From: Patescibacteria group bacterium
GTDB lineage: Bacteria; Patescibacteriota; Minisyncoccia; Portnoybacterales; GWB1-42-6
Assembly (NCBI GenBank): GCA_022709865.1
Contig: JAKLIA010000001.1
Coordinates: 127,591 to 191,590, forward strand
DNA length: 64,000 nt
Direction: 5' to 3'
Below are positions 46,906 through 56,318 of the stretch, piece by piece. The position numbers were made by a program, and so were the translations under genes. The stretch's first letter is position 1. Every line of letters begins with the position of its first letter. The notes beneath the pieces are model-generated. The model made no database searches. It saw only the letters and a program-made list of their open reading frames with translations, and was not told the origin of the DNA.

Positions 46906-47625
46906 ATGTTTATAGAAGTTTTAATTTCAGGGGCACTAGCGGGCTTAGCCACAGTGGTGGGGGCTTATTTATTTCGGTTTTTTGACGAAAAGATAAAAAC
47001 TCGCACGGTCTATGTGATTAGTTTTGCCGCCGGGCTGCTTTTGGCTAATGCCTTTTTGCATTTATTGCCGGAAAGTTTTGGGTTAAATAGCTATTGGCCG
47101 TTTTTTGTTTTGGGTGCTATCGCCGTTTTTTATTTTTTGGAACAGACGATAATTATCCATTCTTGCCAGGAAGAGCATTGCGAGGTCCACGCGATGGGCA
47201 CGATGAGCTTGCTGGGATTAGGCTTTCATTCATTGGTTGATGGCTTGGCGATTGGCGTGTCTTTTGAAGTTAATTTTGCGGTGGGTTTAATTGCCACTTC
47301 GGCTATTATTTTCCATAAGTTTGCCGAGGGCGGCTGCACTTATTCTCTTTTAGTCTGCGACAAGGCTTTGGGCAAAAAAGCTTTGTTTTATTCTTGGCTG
47401 GTGGCTTTAGCCACTCCCATAGGGGCGATATTGGCATTTATATTTTTGCGCCAAGCGCCAGATAATTTTTTGGGCGCCTTGCTGGCGATGGCGGCCGGAA
47501 CTTTTATTTATATTGCCTCCTCAGACCTTTTGCCAGCCACACATAAAAAATCCAATTGGCTGAATATCCTGCTTTTCTTTGCGGGTATGGTTTTTGTTGC
47601 CTTGCTGGGGCAATTTGGGAAATAA
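46906..47625 (+). CDS. ZIP family divalent metal transporter (ZupT-like)
   Basis: 239 aa; His-rich TM motifs HSLVDGLAIG and HKFAEG characteristic of ZIP permeases. Confidence 0.75.
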   Translation: MFIEVLISGALAGLATVVGAYLFRFFDEKIKTRTVYVISFAAGLLLANAFLHLLPESFGLNSYWPFFVLGAIAVFYFLEQTIIIHSCQEEHCEVHAMGTMSLLGLGFHSLVDGLAIGVSFEVNFAVGLIATSAIIFHKFAEGGCTYSLLVCDKALGKKALFYSWLVALATPIGAILAFIFLRQAPDNFLGALLAMAAGTFIYIASSDLLPATHKKSNWLNILLFFAGMVFVALLGQFGK

Positions 47626-47694
47626 AAGTTTGATTGATCGATTGACCGAGGGCTATTTTTGCGTTAAAATAGAGAGTGTTTTAGAGATAATTTT

Positions 47695-48924
47695 ATGAGC
47701 AAAAAAGCGTATTTTGACTATGGCGCAACTTCTCCGGTTGACCCGGCGGTTTTTGAGGCGATGAAGCCTTATTTTTGCGATAAGTTCGGCAATGCTTCTT
47801 CGCTCCATCAATTCGGCCAAGACGCGCAGCTGGGCGTGGTTTTGGCGCGCGAACAAGTAGCTAGGATCCTAGGTTGCCAGCAAAGCGAAGTGCTTTTTAA
47901 TAGCGGCGCAACAGAGGGCAATAACACCGTGATAAAGGGCTTTGGTTTCGATAAAAAATTGGCAGCGGCCGTTGGCGGCAAAGCCCATATTATTACCAGC
48001 GCCATTGAACACGAATGCGTTCTGGAATCGGTGAAGTTTTTAGACAAAGAGGGCTTTATCGAGGCGACTTTTTTGCCGGTTAACCGCGAGGGATTAGTGG
48101 AAGTGGCAGAAGTGGAAAAAGCAATTAAGCCCAATACGGTTTTAGTCTCCATTATGTATGCCAATAATGAAATCGGCACAGTCCAGCCAATCGCCCAGAT
48201 AGGGGAAATGCTTAAAAAAATAAATGCTTCTCGCGAGCAAAAAATATATTTTCATACTGATGCGGCCCAAGCCATAAATTATTTGCCTTGCGATGTTAAT
48301 GCTTTGGGCGTTGATTATCTAACCTTGTCTGCCCATAAGTTTTACGGGCCAAAAGGAATGGGCGCATTATTTGTCAGGTCTGGCGCGCTTTTTAATAAAC
48401 TTTTTCACGGTGGTGAGCAGGAGTTTAAAAAGCGGGCTGGCACTCATAATACTCCGGGCATTGTGGGGCTAGGCAAGGCAATTGAAATGGTTGGCCAAAA
48501 AACCAAAGATAATGAGCGGATCCAAAAACTGCGGGATAAATTAATAGACGGTGTGCTAAAAAATATTAAAGGCTCGGCCCTGAACGGCTCTCGGGAAAAC
48601 CGTTTGGCCAATAACGCTAATTTTCGTTTTGAAGGGGCAGAGGGAGAAGCAATTTTAATTGCTTTGGATTTGGAAGGCATTGCGGTTTCCACCGGTTCGG
48701 CTTGCGCTTCAAAGTCCCTGGAGCCCTCCCATGTTCTTTTAGCTTTGGGACTTGAACCGCTGGAAGCCCATAGCGCAATTCGCTTTTCCCTTGGCCGCTT
48801 CACCGAAGAAAAAGAAATTGATAGGGTTTTGGAAGTTTTGCCGGGCATTATCGAAAGGCTGCGCAGCATTACCGGCGGAACAGTTAATCGGAAAGATAAG
48901 TTATTAAAAGATCTGGGCTGCTAA
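47695..48924 (+). CDS. iscS: cysteine desulfurase (IscS/NifS, class V aminotransferase)
   Basis: 409 aa; PLP-lysine motif SAHKFYGPKGMGALFV and the C-terminal catalytic-Cys loop STGSACAS. Confidence 0.9.
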   Translation: MSKKAYFDYGATSPVDPAVFEAMKPYFCDKFGNASSLHQFGQDAQLGVVLAREQVARILGCQQSEVLFNSGATEGNNTVIKGFGFDKKLAAAVGGKAHIITSAIEHECVLESVKFLDKEGFIEATFLPVNREGLVEVAEVEKAIKPNTVLVSIMYANNEIGTVQPIAQIGEMLKKINASREQKIYFHTDAAQAINYLPCDVNALGVDYLTLSAHKFYGPKGMGALFVRSGALFNKLFHGGEQEFKKRAGTHNTPGIVGLGKAIEMVGQKTKDNERIQKLRDKLIDGVLKNIKGSALNGSRENRLANNANFRFEGAEGEAILIALDLEGIAVSTGSACASKSLEPSHVLLALGLEPLEAHSAIRFSLGRFTEEKEIDRVLEVLPGIIERLRSITGGTVNRKDKLLKDLGC

Positions 48925-48948
48925 GGATTTAAACTTTAAATTATCAAT

Positions 48949-49329
48949 ATGCTTTATTCAAAAGAAGTAATCAAACATTTTCAAAAGCCCGCCAATATGG
49001 GCAAAATGCCAAGCCCCGACGGCACGGGTGAAGTTGGCAACCCGGTTTGCGGCGACTTGATGAATATTTATATAAAAGTGGCTAAAGATAAAAAAGGGCA
49101 AGAAGTAATCAAAGATATCAAGTTTGAAACTTTGGGTTGTGTGGCGGCCATTGCCACTTCTTCCATGATAACCGAGATGGCTAAGGGCAAAACTTTAGAA
49201 GAAGCTTTAAAGATTAAATATGCCGACGTGGCCGAGGCTTTAGGCTCTTTGCCGCCGGTTAAAACTCACTGCGCGGACCTGGCGGTGCGGGCCTTGAAAG
49301 CGGCAATAGAAGACTATAGGAAAAAATAA
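48949..49329 (+). CDS. iscU: Fe-S cluster assembly scaffold (NifU/IscU N-terminal domain)
   Basis: 126 aa; [18 protein letters not shown] and HCADLA cysteine motifs. Confidence 0.88.
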   Translation: MLYSKEVIKHFQKPANMGKMPSPDGTGEVGNPVCGDLMNIYIKVAKDKKGQEVIKDIKFETLGCVAAIATSSMITEMAKGKTLEEALKIKYADVAEALGSLPPVKTHCADLAVRALKAAIEDYRKK

Positions 49330-49337
49330 AAAAATAC

Positions 49338-51947
49338 ATGCAGATAGACAAGTTTACAATCAAAGCCCAGGAAGCTTTGCGCGAAGCGCATAATTTTGCG
49401 GCTGAGCGCGGGCAGACCCAAATTGATATTTTACATTTGGCGCTGGCTTTAGTTTTGCAGGAAAGCGGGATAGTAAAAACTTTGCTGGAAAAAATGGAAG
49501 TTAATGTGCCGTTTTTGGAAACTGAGCTGGAAAAAGAGATCACGCGTTTGCCCCGGATCCTGGGCGAGGTGCCTTTTGGGCAGGTGGTATTGAGCCCGGA
49601 ACTTGGCCGCTTAATAAATAACGCCAGCCGCGAAGCGCAAAAATTGGGGGATGAGTTTGTTTCGGTTGAGCATCTGTTGCTATCGATTTTGGAAGCGCCC
49701 GGCCGCGCTAAAGAGATATTTAAGAGCTTTGGCGTGGAAAAAGGGAATATAATGACTATCTTGGATACGGTGCGCGGCGGGCAGAAAGTCACGGATATGG
49801 AACCGGAAAGTAAATACCAGGTATTGGAAAAATACGCCCGCAATTTAACGGAATTAGCGCGCAAAGAAAAATTGGATCCGGTGATCGGCCGCGACGAGGA
49901 AATCAGGCGGGTGATGCAGGTCCTATCGCGCCGAACCAAAAATAATCCGGTATTGATCGGGGAGGCGGGCGTGGGCAAAACTGCCATCGTGGAGGGTTTA
50001 GCGCAGCGAATCGTGAGCAGGGACGTGCCGGAAAGCTTAAAAAACAAAGAACTGATCGCGATGGACCTAGGCGCGCTGGTGGCAGGCACGAAGTTTCGCG
50101 GCGAGTTTGAAGACCGCATCAAGGCGGTGCTCAAAGAAGTTGACCGTTCGGCCGGCAAATATATTTTATTTATTGATGAATTGCATACTTTAGTTGGCGC
50201 TGGCGCAGCCGAAGGCGCAATCGATGCTTCTAATCTTTTAAAGCCCGCCCTGGCGCGTGGCGAGCTTCGGGCGATTGGCGCCACAACTCTCAAAGAATAT
50301 CAAAAGCACATTGAAAAAGACCCGGCGCTGGCGCGGAGATTTCAGCAGGTTTATGTGCAAGAGCCCACCATTGAAGACACGGTGGCAATTTTGCGCGGGC
50401 TAAAAGAAAAATATGAAGTGCACCATGGCGTTCGCATCACGGACGGCGCGATCGTGGCAGCCGCTAATTTGAGCTCCCGTTATATTTCCGACCGCTTTTT
50501 GCCGGATAAAGCAGTGGATTTGATAGATGAAGCGGCGGCGGCGTTGCGGCTGGAAATTGACAGCATGCCGGTTGAGCTAGACCAGCAAAAGCGGAAAATT
50601 ATACAGCTGGAAATCGAAAAGCAGGCGTTAAAAAAAGAAACCAGCAAAGACGGTCGTTTGCAACTCCGGCAAGTAGAAAAACAGCTGGCTGACCTGAAAG
50701 AAAAATCCAAAGAAGCCGAGCTGCGCTGGAAAGGGGAACATGATTTGATCGTAAAGATAAGCGAGGCCAAGAAAAAAATCGACACCTTAAAACAAGAAGC
50801 GGATATTGCTTCGCGTGAGAGTAATTTGGCTAAGGTGGCCGAAATTAGATACGGCAAAATACCGGACCAGGAAAAAGAAATGAAATCTTGCCAGAAAAAG
50901 TTGGTGGATTTCCAAAAAAACCGACCCTTGCTCAAAGAAGAGATCGGCGAGCCGGAAATTGCCAAAGTTGTGGCGCGCTGGACAGGTGTGCCGGTGCAAA
51001 AGATGCTGGAAGGGGAAATGCAAAAATTAACGCGCATGGAAGAAGAGCTGCATAAGCGCGTTATCGACCAGGAAGAAGCGATCGGCGCGATTGCCAATGC
51101 GGTGCGCCGCGCCCGGGCAGGAGTATCGGAAGAAAAGCGGCCGATCGGCTCTTTCATCTTTTTAGGGCCAACGGGCGTGGGTAAAACGGAATTAGCCAAA
51201 GCGTTGGCCGAGTTTATGTTCAACGACGAAAATGCGATCGTGCGGCTGGATATGTCCGAGTATATGGAAAAGCATGCGGCTTCCCGCATGGTGGGCTCTC
51301 CGCCAGGCTACGTGGGCTTTGAGGAGGGTGGACAACTAACCGAAGCCATTCGACGCCGGCCCTACAGCGTGGTGCTGTTTGACGAAATAGAAAAAGCGCA
51401 TCCGGAAGTTTTTAATATGATGCTGCAGATCTTGGATGATGGCCGCTTGACCGACAGCAAGGGCCGAGCGGTGAACTTCAAAAATACTATTATTATTATG
51501 ACCTCTAATGTTGGCAACGAGGTTGTTAAAAACTTCACGCTGGGTTTTGCCGATGAGGAACCAAAAAAGCAGGAACAGCAAGCGATGAAAACCAAGGTGT
51601 TGGAATCGTTGCGCCAAAACTTCAAGCCGGAGTTTTTGAACCGGGTGGATGAAATCATTGTCTTTGATAGCTTAACGCGTGAAAACTTAGCGCAGATCGT
51701 TGATTTGCAATTAACTTTGGTGCAAAAGCGCTTGGCGGCCAAGAAAATTAAGATCAAAGTTTCGGTTAAGGCGAAAAAATATTTGGCGGACAAGGGCTAT
51801 GACCCAAGCTATGGCGCCCGTCCTTTGAAGCGGCTTATTCAGCAGTCGATCCTGGACGCTATCGCCAAAAAAATATTAGCCGGAGAAGTCAAAGAAGGCA
51901 GTTCGCTGGCCATTGATGCAGACGATAAAAATATTATTATAAAATAA
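49338..51947 (+). CDS. clpB: ATP-dependent chaperone ClpB
   Basis: 869 aa; two AAA+ modules (GEAGVGKT and GPTGVGKT Walker A), long middle coiled coil, N-domain repeats. Confidence 0.95.
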   Translation: MQIDKFTIKAQEALREAHNFAAERGQTQIDILHLALALVLQESGIVKTLLEKMEVNVPFLETELEKEITRLPRILGEVPFGQVVLSPELGRLINNASREAQKLGDEFVSVEHLLLSILEAPGRAKEIFKSFGVEKGNIMTILDTVRGGQKVTDMEPESKYQVLEKYARNLTELARKEKLDPVIGRDEEIRRVMQVLSRRTKNNPVLIGEAGVGKTAIVEGLAQRIVSRDVPESLKNKELIAMDLGALVAGTKFRGEFEDRIKAVLKEVDRSAGKYILFIDELHTLVGAGAAEGAIDASNLLKPALARGELRAIGATTLKEYQKHIEKDPALARRFQQVYVQEPTIEDTVAILRGLKEKYEVHHGVRITDGAIVAAANLSSRYISDRFLPDKAVDLIDEAAAALRLEIDSMPVELDQQKRKIIQLEIEKQALKKETSKDGRLQLRQVEKQLADLKEKSKEAELRWKGEHDLIVKISEAKKKIDTLKQEADIASRESNLAKVAEIRYGKIPDQEKEMKSCQKKLVDFQKNRPLLKEEIGEPEIAKVVARWTGVPVQKMLEGEMQKLTRMEEELHKRVIDQEEAIGAIANAVRRARAGVSEEKRPIGSFIFLGPTGVGKTELAKALAEFMFNDENAIVRLDMSEYMEKHAASRMVGSPPGYVGFEEGGQLTEAIRRRPYSVVLFDEIEKAHPEVFNMMLQILDDGRLTDSKGRAVNFKNTIIIMTSNVGNEVVKNFTLGFADEEPKKQEQQAMKTKVLESLRQNFKPEFLNRVDEIIVFDSLTRENLAQIVDLQLTLVQKRLAAKKIKIKVSVKAKKYLADKGYDPSYGARPLKRLIQQSILDAIAKKILAGEVKEGSSLAIDADDKNIIIK

Positions 51948-51950
51948 AAT

Positions 51951-52694
51951 ATGTTCAAGAAGAAGGATTATAAAAGAATAATCGGTTTTTGGGTGATAGT
52001 CTTTTTAGTCGCTGGATTTTCCGGCGTATTTTTCAGCCGCACATTCCTGCCTTGGCTGACCAGCTTTGAGCCTTTTAATAAAGTGGAATGGCTTTGCAAT
52101 GTGAAAGATAACACCACTATCATTAATAAGACCGAAAAGCTTTATATTTCAGAAGGCACGGCGTATCAGGAAGCGATAAGCCGGGTGGGCAATACCGTGG
52201 TGGCTGTTCGTGTTGAACGGGCAGGAAGAGTATCGTTAGAGCATTCGGGCTTTATTTTGACCAATGACGGCTTGATTGCCACGGCCAATTTTTCTTTGCC
52301 TAAGGGCGCCAAGATCTTAGTGTCGCGCGATGGACAGGAATACGAAGCGCAATTAATAAAGCAAGACGCAACAGGCGATCTGGCCTTGGTAAAAATAGAA
52401 GCTAATAATTTGCCGGTGGCGGATTTTAGCGATAATAGCAATTTGAGCTTGGGCGAGCGAGTGGTGCTGGTTGGCGCGGCTAAAACCGGCGAATCTTTTG
52501 CCAAGTTTGTTGATCTGGGCATTGTCAAAACCTTATTGCCGAAATTATCATTCTCTTTCAGCGAAACATTTTTAGCTGATGGCGCGCCAATAGCCAATAT
52601 CGAAGGCAGAGTTTTGGGCTTGGCCTTAACCGAGAAAGATGGGAGCGTTAATTTGGTGGGCCAGGAAAAAATTAAAGAATTAATGAATAAATAA
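51951..52694 (+). CDS. membrane-anchored HtrA/DegP-like trypsin-fold protein lacking the catalytic His and Ser (predicted pseudoprotease)
   Basis: 247 aa; aligns by eye to the HtrA protease domain: GFILTNDGLIATANFSL (His of TNNHVV replaced), DLALVKIE (Asp retained), APIANIEGRVL (GNSGG Ser replaced); N-terminal TM. Confidence 0.55.
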   Translation: MFKKKDYKRIIGFWVIVFLVAGFSGVFFSRTFLPWLTSFEPFNKVEWLCNVKDNTTIINKTEKLYISEGTAYQEAISRVGNTVVAVRVERAGRVSLEHSGFILTNDGLIATANFSLPKGAKILVSRDGQEYEAQLIKQDATGDLALVKIEANNLPVADFSDNSNLSLGERVVLVGAAKTGESFAKFVDLGIVKTLLPKLSFSFSETFLADGAPIANIEGRVLGLALTEKDGSVNLVGQEKIKELMNK

Positions 52695-52698
52695 AAAA

Positions 52699-53151
52699 AT
52701 GATCGAAGGCGTTATAATAAAAAAACTAAAAAAGAACGAAGATAATCGCGGGTGGCTGGCAGAGATTTGGCGCGACGATGAGATCAATTTTAAATCGCAA
52801 ATGGGCTATGTTAGTTTGACCAAGCCGGGAATTATCCGCGGTCCGCACGAACATCAAAAGCAATCAGATTGTTTTATCTTTTTGGGGCCGGGTAATTTTA
52901 CTCTTCATTTATGGGATAGGCGGCCAGGTAGCGCTACGGAAGGGGAGTATTTTAAAGAATCCTTTGGCGAAGACAATCCTGCTTTAGTGATCGTGCCGCC
53001 GGGCGTGGTGCACGGTTATAAAAATGATTTTGATAAGGATGCTTGGTGCATTAATTTGCCCGATAGGCTATATAAAGGGAAGGATAAGCAAGAAGAGATA
53101 GACGAGATCCGGTGGGAAGAAAAAACTGATTCGCCTTATAAGATCGAATAA
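52699..53151 (+). CDS. rfbC: dTDP-4-dehydrorhamnose 3,5-epimerase-like cupin (RmlC family, short form)
   Basis: 150 aa; NEDNRGW, RGPHEHQ and GVVHGY motifs parallel the RmlC RGxHxQ / GxAHGF pattern. Confidence 0.6.
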   Translation: MIEGVIIKKLKKNEDNRGWLAEIWRDDEINFKSQMGYVSLTKPGIIRGPHEHQKQSDCFIFLGPGNFTLHLWDRRPGSATEGEYFKESFGEDNPALVIVPPGVVHGYKNDFDKDAWCINLPDRLYKGKDKQEEIDEIRWEEKTDSPYKIE

Positions 53152-53220
53152 TTAAAATAAAAAAGGCCCAAACAGATTGGAGCTTTTTTTATTTTTTGGC
53201 GCACGAACAGAGAGGCTCTC

Positions 53221-53249
53221 TTGACATTTTTCGTGTTTATATATATTAT
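53221..53249 (+). promoter_or_regulatory. near-consensus sigma70 promoter (TTGACA, 17 nt spacer, TATTAT)
   Basis: Read directly; preceded by the GAGAGGCTCTC palindrome; drives the gene at 53347, which has a strong SD AGGAGGGG. Confidence 0.6.
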
Positions 53250-53346
53250 ATTAATAAGTTCTTTTTAATAAAAAATTGCTTGAGCGGAGCAGTTTTTTTG
53301 TTTTTTATAATAGCAATGTGCCAAAGGGCAGAAGGAGGGGTGAAAG

Positions 53347-53799
53347 ATGAAGATCCAAGAAGAGCAGGTTAATGTTTATGTCCAGGCGGTTTGCCAGGGC
53401 GTGCCGGAAACATACGAAAGATATTTGGCTTCAAACAGCATAAGCGAAACCAACATTTTAAGATTTGTTAGTTTGGCTTATTGGTTGAGCCAAATAAAGA
53501 AAGAAGAAGACAGAAAAGAAGGTTTTGAGAAGTTCTTGTCAGCCTTGGCAAAAGACATTGAAGATGAAATTGAGCACGACGGGCCGGAGGTAATGAATCT
53601 TTGCGGTTTGGCCGGCGCTATTAAAGAAAACGAGCTTTTGATAATGGAATTATCAAAAGAGATCCCGGAAAGGCTGGAAAAAGGTAAAAAAGCCATCTCG
53701 GAAATCATAGGGCGTTTTCGGCACTATACGCCGGACATGCTTTTTGAAAAGATCGTTGGTTTTCACCCGGCAGCCGTTAATATTTTTCTTAAGCATTAA
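53347..53799 (+). CDS. hypothetical all-helical protein, flanked by its own promoter and terminator
   Basis: 150 aa; no family recognised; strong SD; consensus promoter upstream and a strong terminator downstream. Confidence 0.5.
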   Translation: MKIQEEQVNVYVQAVCQGVPETYERYLASNSISETNILRFVSLAYWLSQIKKEEDRKEGFEKFLSALAKDIEDEIEHDGPEVMNLCGLAGAIKENELLIMELSKEIPERLEKGKKAISEIIGRFRHYTPDMLFEKIVGFHPAAVNIFLKH

Positions 53800-53805
53800 T
53801 ACTTA

Positions 53806-53840
53806 CCCCGAAGAGCCGCTCTCTTCGGGGTTTTTTATTG
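53806..53840 (+). terminator. strong intrinsic terminator (CCCCGAAGAG-CCGCT-CTCTTCGGGG plus TTTTTT)
   Basis: 10-bp GC-rich stem and U-tract read directly. Confidence 0.8.
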
Positions 53841-53844
53841 TTTT

Positions 53845-53873
53845 TTGACTTCGATATTTGTTTAGGTTAATCT
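53845..53873 (+). promoter_or_regulatory. candidate promoter for rfbB (TTGACT, 17 nt spacer, TAATCT)
   Basis: Hexamers read directly, about 40 nt upstream of the ATG. Confidence 0.4.
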
Positions 53874-53909
53874 TTAAGGTAGGGAATCATTTTTATATTT
53901 TTTAATTTT

Positions 53910-54908
53910 ATGAAAATATTAATAACCGGCGGAGCTGGTTTTATGGGCTCTAATTTCATTAAATATATAATGGCCAAACACTCAGATTGGCAAGTGGTTA
54001 ATTTGGATAAATTAACTTATGCCGGGAACCTGGAAAACCTAGCGGAAGTTTCACAAAATAAAAATTACGCTTTTATAAAAGGGGATATAGCCAATAAGGA
54101 AGACGTGGCCAGAGCCATTGGCGAGGGCGTGGATAAAATTATCAATTACGCGGCTGAAACTCATGTGGACCGTTCGATTTTGGAGCCGGACGCTTTCATC
54201 AAAACCGATGTTTTTGGCACCTATACGCTGCTCGAAGCAGCGCGTAAGTATAATGTCGCACAATATATACAGATCTCAACTGACGAAGTCTTTGGCTCGA
54301 TAAAAGAAGGTTCTTTTGATGAACAAAGTCCGTTTGAGCCCAATAGCCCTTATTCGGCTTCCAAAGCCGGCGCTGACCACCTCTGCCGGGCTTATTTTAA
54401 AACTTATAATTTGCCGGTCATCATTACACATTCTTGCAATTTTTATGGGCCAAACCAATATCCGGAAAAATTAATTCCGCTTTTTGTAACTAATTTATTG
54501 GAAGGCAAAAAAGTTCCGGTCTATGGCCAAGGCCAGCAGATGCGGGAATGGATATTTACCCAGGACCACTGCAAAGCAGTGGAAGCAATAATGGAAAAAG
54601 GGCAGTTAGGGGAAGTTTATAATATTGGCACAGGCTATGAAAAAACTAATATGGAAATTACCAAGTTCATTTTGCAGGAGCTGGGCTGTGGCGAAGAGAT
54701 GATAGAATATGTAAAAGATCGGCCGGGACACGACTGGCGTTATGCTATAAACTCAAAAAAGTTGAGGGGATTGGGTTGGCAACCGGAATCTTCTTGGGAA
54801 GAAGGATTGCGTCGCACAATAAATTGGTATAAGGAAAATGAGGCTTGGTGGAAAAAAATAAAATCCGGCGAGTATCTGGAGTATTATAAAAAACAATACG
54901 GGAAATAA
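53910..54908 (+). CDS. rfbB: dTDP-glucose 4,6-dehydratase
   Basis: 332 aa; TGGAGFIGSN-like Rossmann motif (TGGAGFMGSN), YSASK catalytic motif, extended SDR. Confidence 0.88.
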   Translation: MKILITGGAGFMGSNFIKYIMAKHSDWQVVNLDKLTYAGNLENLAEVSQNKNYAFIKGDIANKEDVARAIGEGVDKIINYAAETHVDRSILEPDAFIKTDVFGTYTLLEAARKYNVAQYIQISTDEVFGSIKEGSFDEQSPFEPNSPYSASKAGADHLCRAYFKTYNLPVIITHSCNFYGPNQYPEKLIPLFVTNLLEGKKVPVYGQGQQMREWIFTQDHCKAVEAIMEKGQLGEVYNIGTGYEKTNMEITKFILQELGCGEEMIEYVKDRPGHDWRYAINSKKLRGLGWQPESSWEEGLRRTINWYKENEAWWKKIKSGEYLEYYKKQYGK

Positions 54909-54927
54909 TATTTTAAAAAATAAAAGC

Positions 54928-54952
54928 ATCTCGCCTCTTGCGAGGTGTTTTT
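54928..54952 (+). terminator. intrinsic terminator (ATCTCGC-CTCTT-GCGAGGT plus GTTTTT)
   Basis: Hairpin and U-tract read directly after the rfbB stop. Confidence 0.6.
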
Positions 54953-54969
54953 AAGTAAAAAGACAGGTT

Positions 54970-54998
54970 TTGACATTTTTATTTTTTGAAGTTAAGTT
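54970..54998 (+). promoter_or_regulatory. candidate promoter for rfbD (TTGACATTTTT, 17 nt, TAAGTT); the transcript may be near-leaderless
   Basis: The -35 box TTGACATTTTT is identical to the one at 53221; the -10 sits about 6 nt before the ATG. Confidence 0.4.
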
Positions 54999-55004
54999 TT
55001 AGGT

Positions 55005-55892
55005 ATGCAAAAAGTCTTAATTATCGGCGCTAAGGGAATGTTGGGCCAGGAATTGGTTAAGGTTTTTTCTGTGCCTTCCGCCCAAGATGAAAAAAAATAC
55101 GAAGTGGTGGCGTGGGACAAGGAAGAGATAAATATTACTGATGAAGCGCAGGTAAAAAATAAAATTAGAGAGCTGGCGCCGCAGATCATTATTAATGCGG
55201 CTGCTTATAACTCAGCCGATAAATGCGAGGAGCCGGAGTATTTTGAGGTAGCCAAAAAAATAAACGGCTTGGCTCCGGGATATTTAGCCCAGGTGGCTAA
55301 GAGTCTGGGCGCGATTTTTACGCATTATAGCACTGATTATATTTTTGACGGTAAAAATAAAGATGGATATAACGAAAGCGCATTTCCTTCCCCTATTTCC
55401 AAATACGGCGAGTCAAAATTATTAGGCGAAAAACAAGTGGCGGCTGTTGGTGGCCAATATTATATTATTCGTTTACAGCGGCTTTTTGGTTCGCCAGCCA
55501 AGTCAATTGAGGCTAAAAAAAGTTTTTTTGATGTGATGCTTAAGCTGTCGCAAGAAAAAAAAGAATTAGGGGCTGTTGATGAAGAGCTGGCTAATTTTAC
55601 TTACGCGCCGGACTTAGCTCTACAGACTAAATATTTAATAGAAAAAAAATTGCCAACTGGAATATATCATATAACCAATGAGGGTTCGCCGGCTACTTGG
55701 TTTGGCGCGGCCGAAGCTTTGTTCAAAGTGGCGGGTGTTGGCGGCGTAAAATTGATTCCGTTGGCTTCAAGCCTTTTTCCCCGGCCAGCCAAACGGCCAA
55801 AATACTCCGTTTTGTTGAACACCAAATTGCCGCCTTTGCGGCCTTGGAACGAAGCGTTGAAAGAGTTTTTGTCGGAAAATAAGCGGTCTTGA
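55005..55892 (+). CDS. rfbD: dTDP-4-dehydrorhamnose reductase
   Basis: 295 aa; N-terminal IIGAKGMLGQEL Rossmann motif, YSTDYIFDG and YGESK motifs of RmlD. Confidence 0.75.
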   Translation: MQKVLIIGAKGMLGQELVKVFSVPSAQDEKKYEVVAWDKEEINITDEAQVKNKIRELAPQIIINAAAYNSADKCEEPEYFEVAKKINGLAPGYLAQVAKSLGAIFTHYSTDYIFDGKNKDGYNESAFPSPISKYGESKLLGEKQVAAVGGQYYIIRLQRLFGSPAKSIEAKKSFFDVMLKLSQEKKELGAVDEELANFTYAPDLALQTKYLIEKKLPTGIYHITNEGSPATWFGAAEALFKVAGVGGVKLIPLASSLFPRPAKRPKYSVLLNTKLPPLRPWNEALKEFLSENKRS

Positions 55893-55958
55893 TTGACTAA
55901 TTTTTAAATAGGGCTTATTTTTAATTTAATGTTTTTTAACAATAAAAGGGGGGTAAAA

Positions 55959-56192
55959 ATGGAATTAATATCAATAACCGCTCAAGCAACCCAGATTGTT
56001 AGGCAGTCGAGAGTAGATATTATTGTTGCTTACGGCAGCAATAATGAGACCACTCGGACGCTTTCGGTTTCGCCTATGGTTGGGAGGCTAGCAGAAAATC
56101 CAGGGAATAAAATTATTGTAGAAAAGGCGTTTATCGAGTCCTTGCCAAGCGAGATTGACGGCAAGGGGAAACTCATTGACATTTGGATCTAG
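55959..56192 (+). CDS. small hypothetical protein (77 aa from MELISI...; the ORF track starts at 55929)
   Basis: SD AAAGGGGGG lies 6 nt upstream of the ATG at 55959; followed by a terminator; no family recognised. Confidence 0.4.
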   Translation: MELISITAQATQIVRQSRVDIIVAYGSNNETTRTLSVSPMVGRLAENPGNKIIVEKAFIESLPSEIDGKGKLIDIWI

Positions 56193-56197
56193 GCAAT

Positions 56198-56230
56198 GGA
56201 CCTCGTTTAAAAAAACGAGGTCTTTTTTTT
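56198..56230 (+). terminator. intrinsic terminator (GGACCTCGTTT-AAAAAAA-CGAGGTC plus TTTTTTTT)
   Basis: Read directly. Confidence 0.75.
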
Positions 56231-56232
56231 AT

Positions 56233-56258
56233 CCCTACACCTAGGCATAGGTGTAGGG
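56233..56258. repeat. 26-bp perfect palindrome CCCTACACCTAGGCATAGGTGTAGGG (second copy of the element at 111-136), abutting a TTGACC -35 box
   Basis: Arms CCCTACACCTA and TAGGTGTAGGG are reverse complements; relative to copy 1 the arm differences are compensatory; TTGACC at 56264-56269 is 18 nt from TATCAT. Confidence 0.6.
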
Positions 56259-56318
56259 ATTTGTTGACCGAAAGGTGCTAGTAGGTTTATCATTATAAGC
56301 AATAGAATAAATTGTTTT

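Noticed and set aside
49259-50293. 344-aa minus-strand ORF antisense to clpB (also 50480-51289 and 51362-51793)
   Set aside because: They are fully contained within the clpB CDS, with no motifs and an Ala/Ser/Arg-rich composition characteristic of shadow ORFs.
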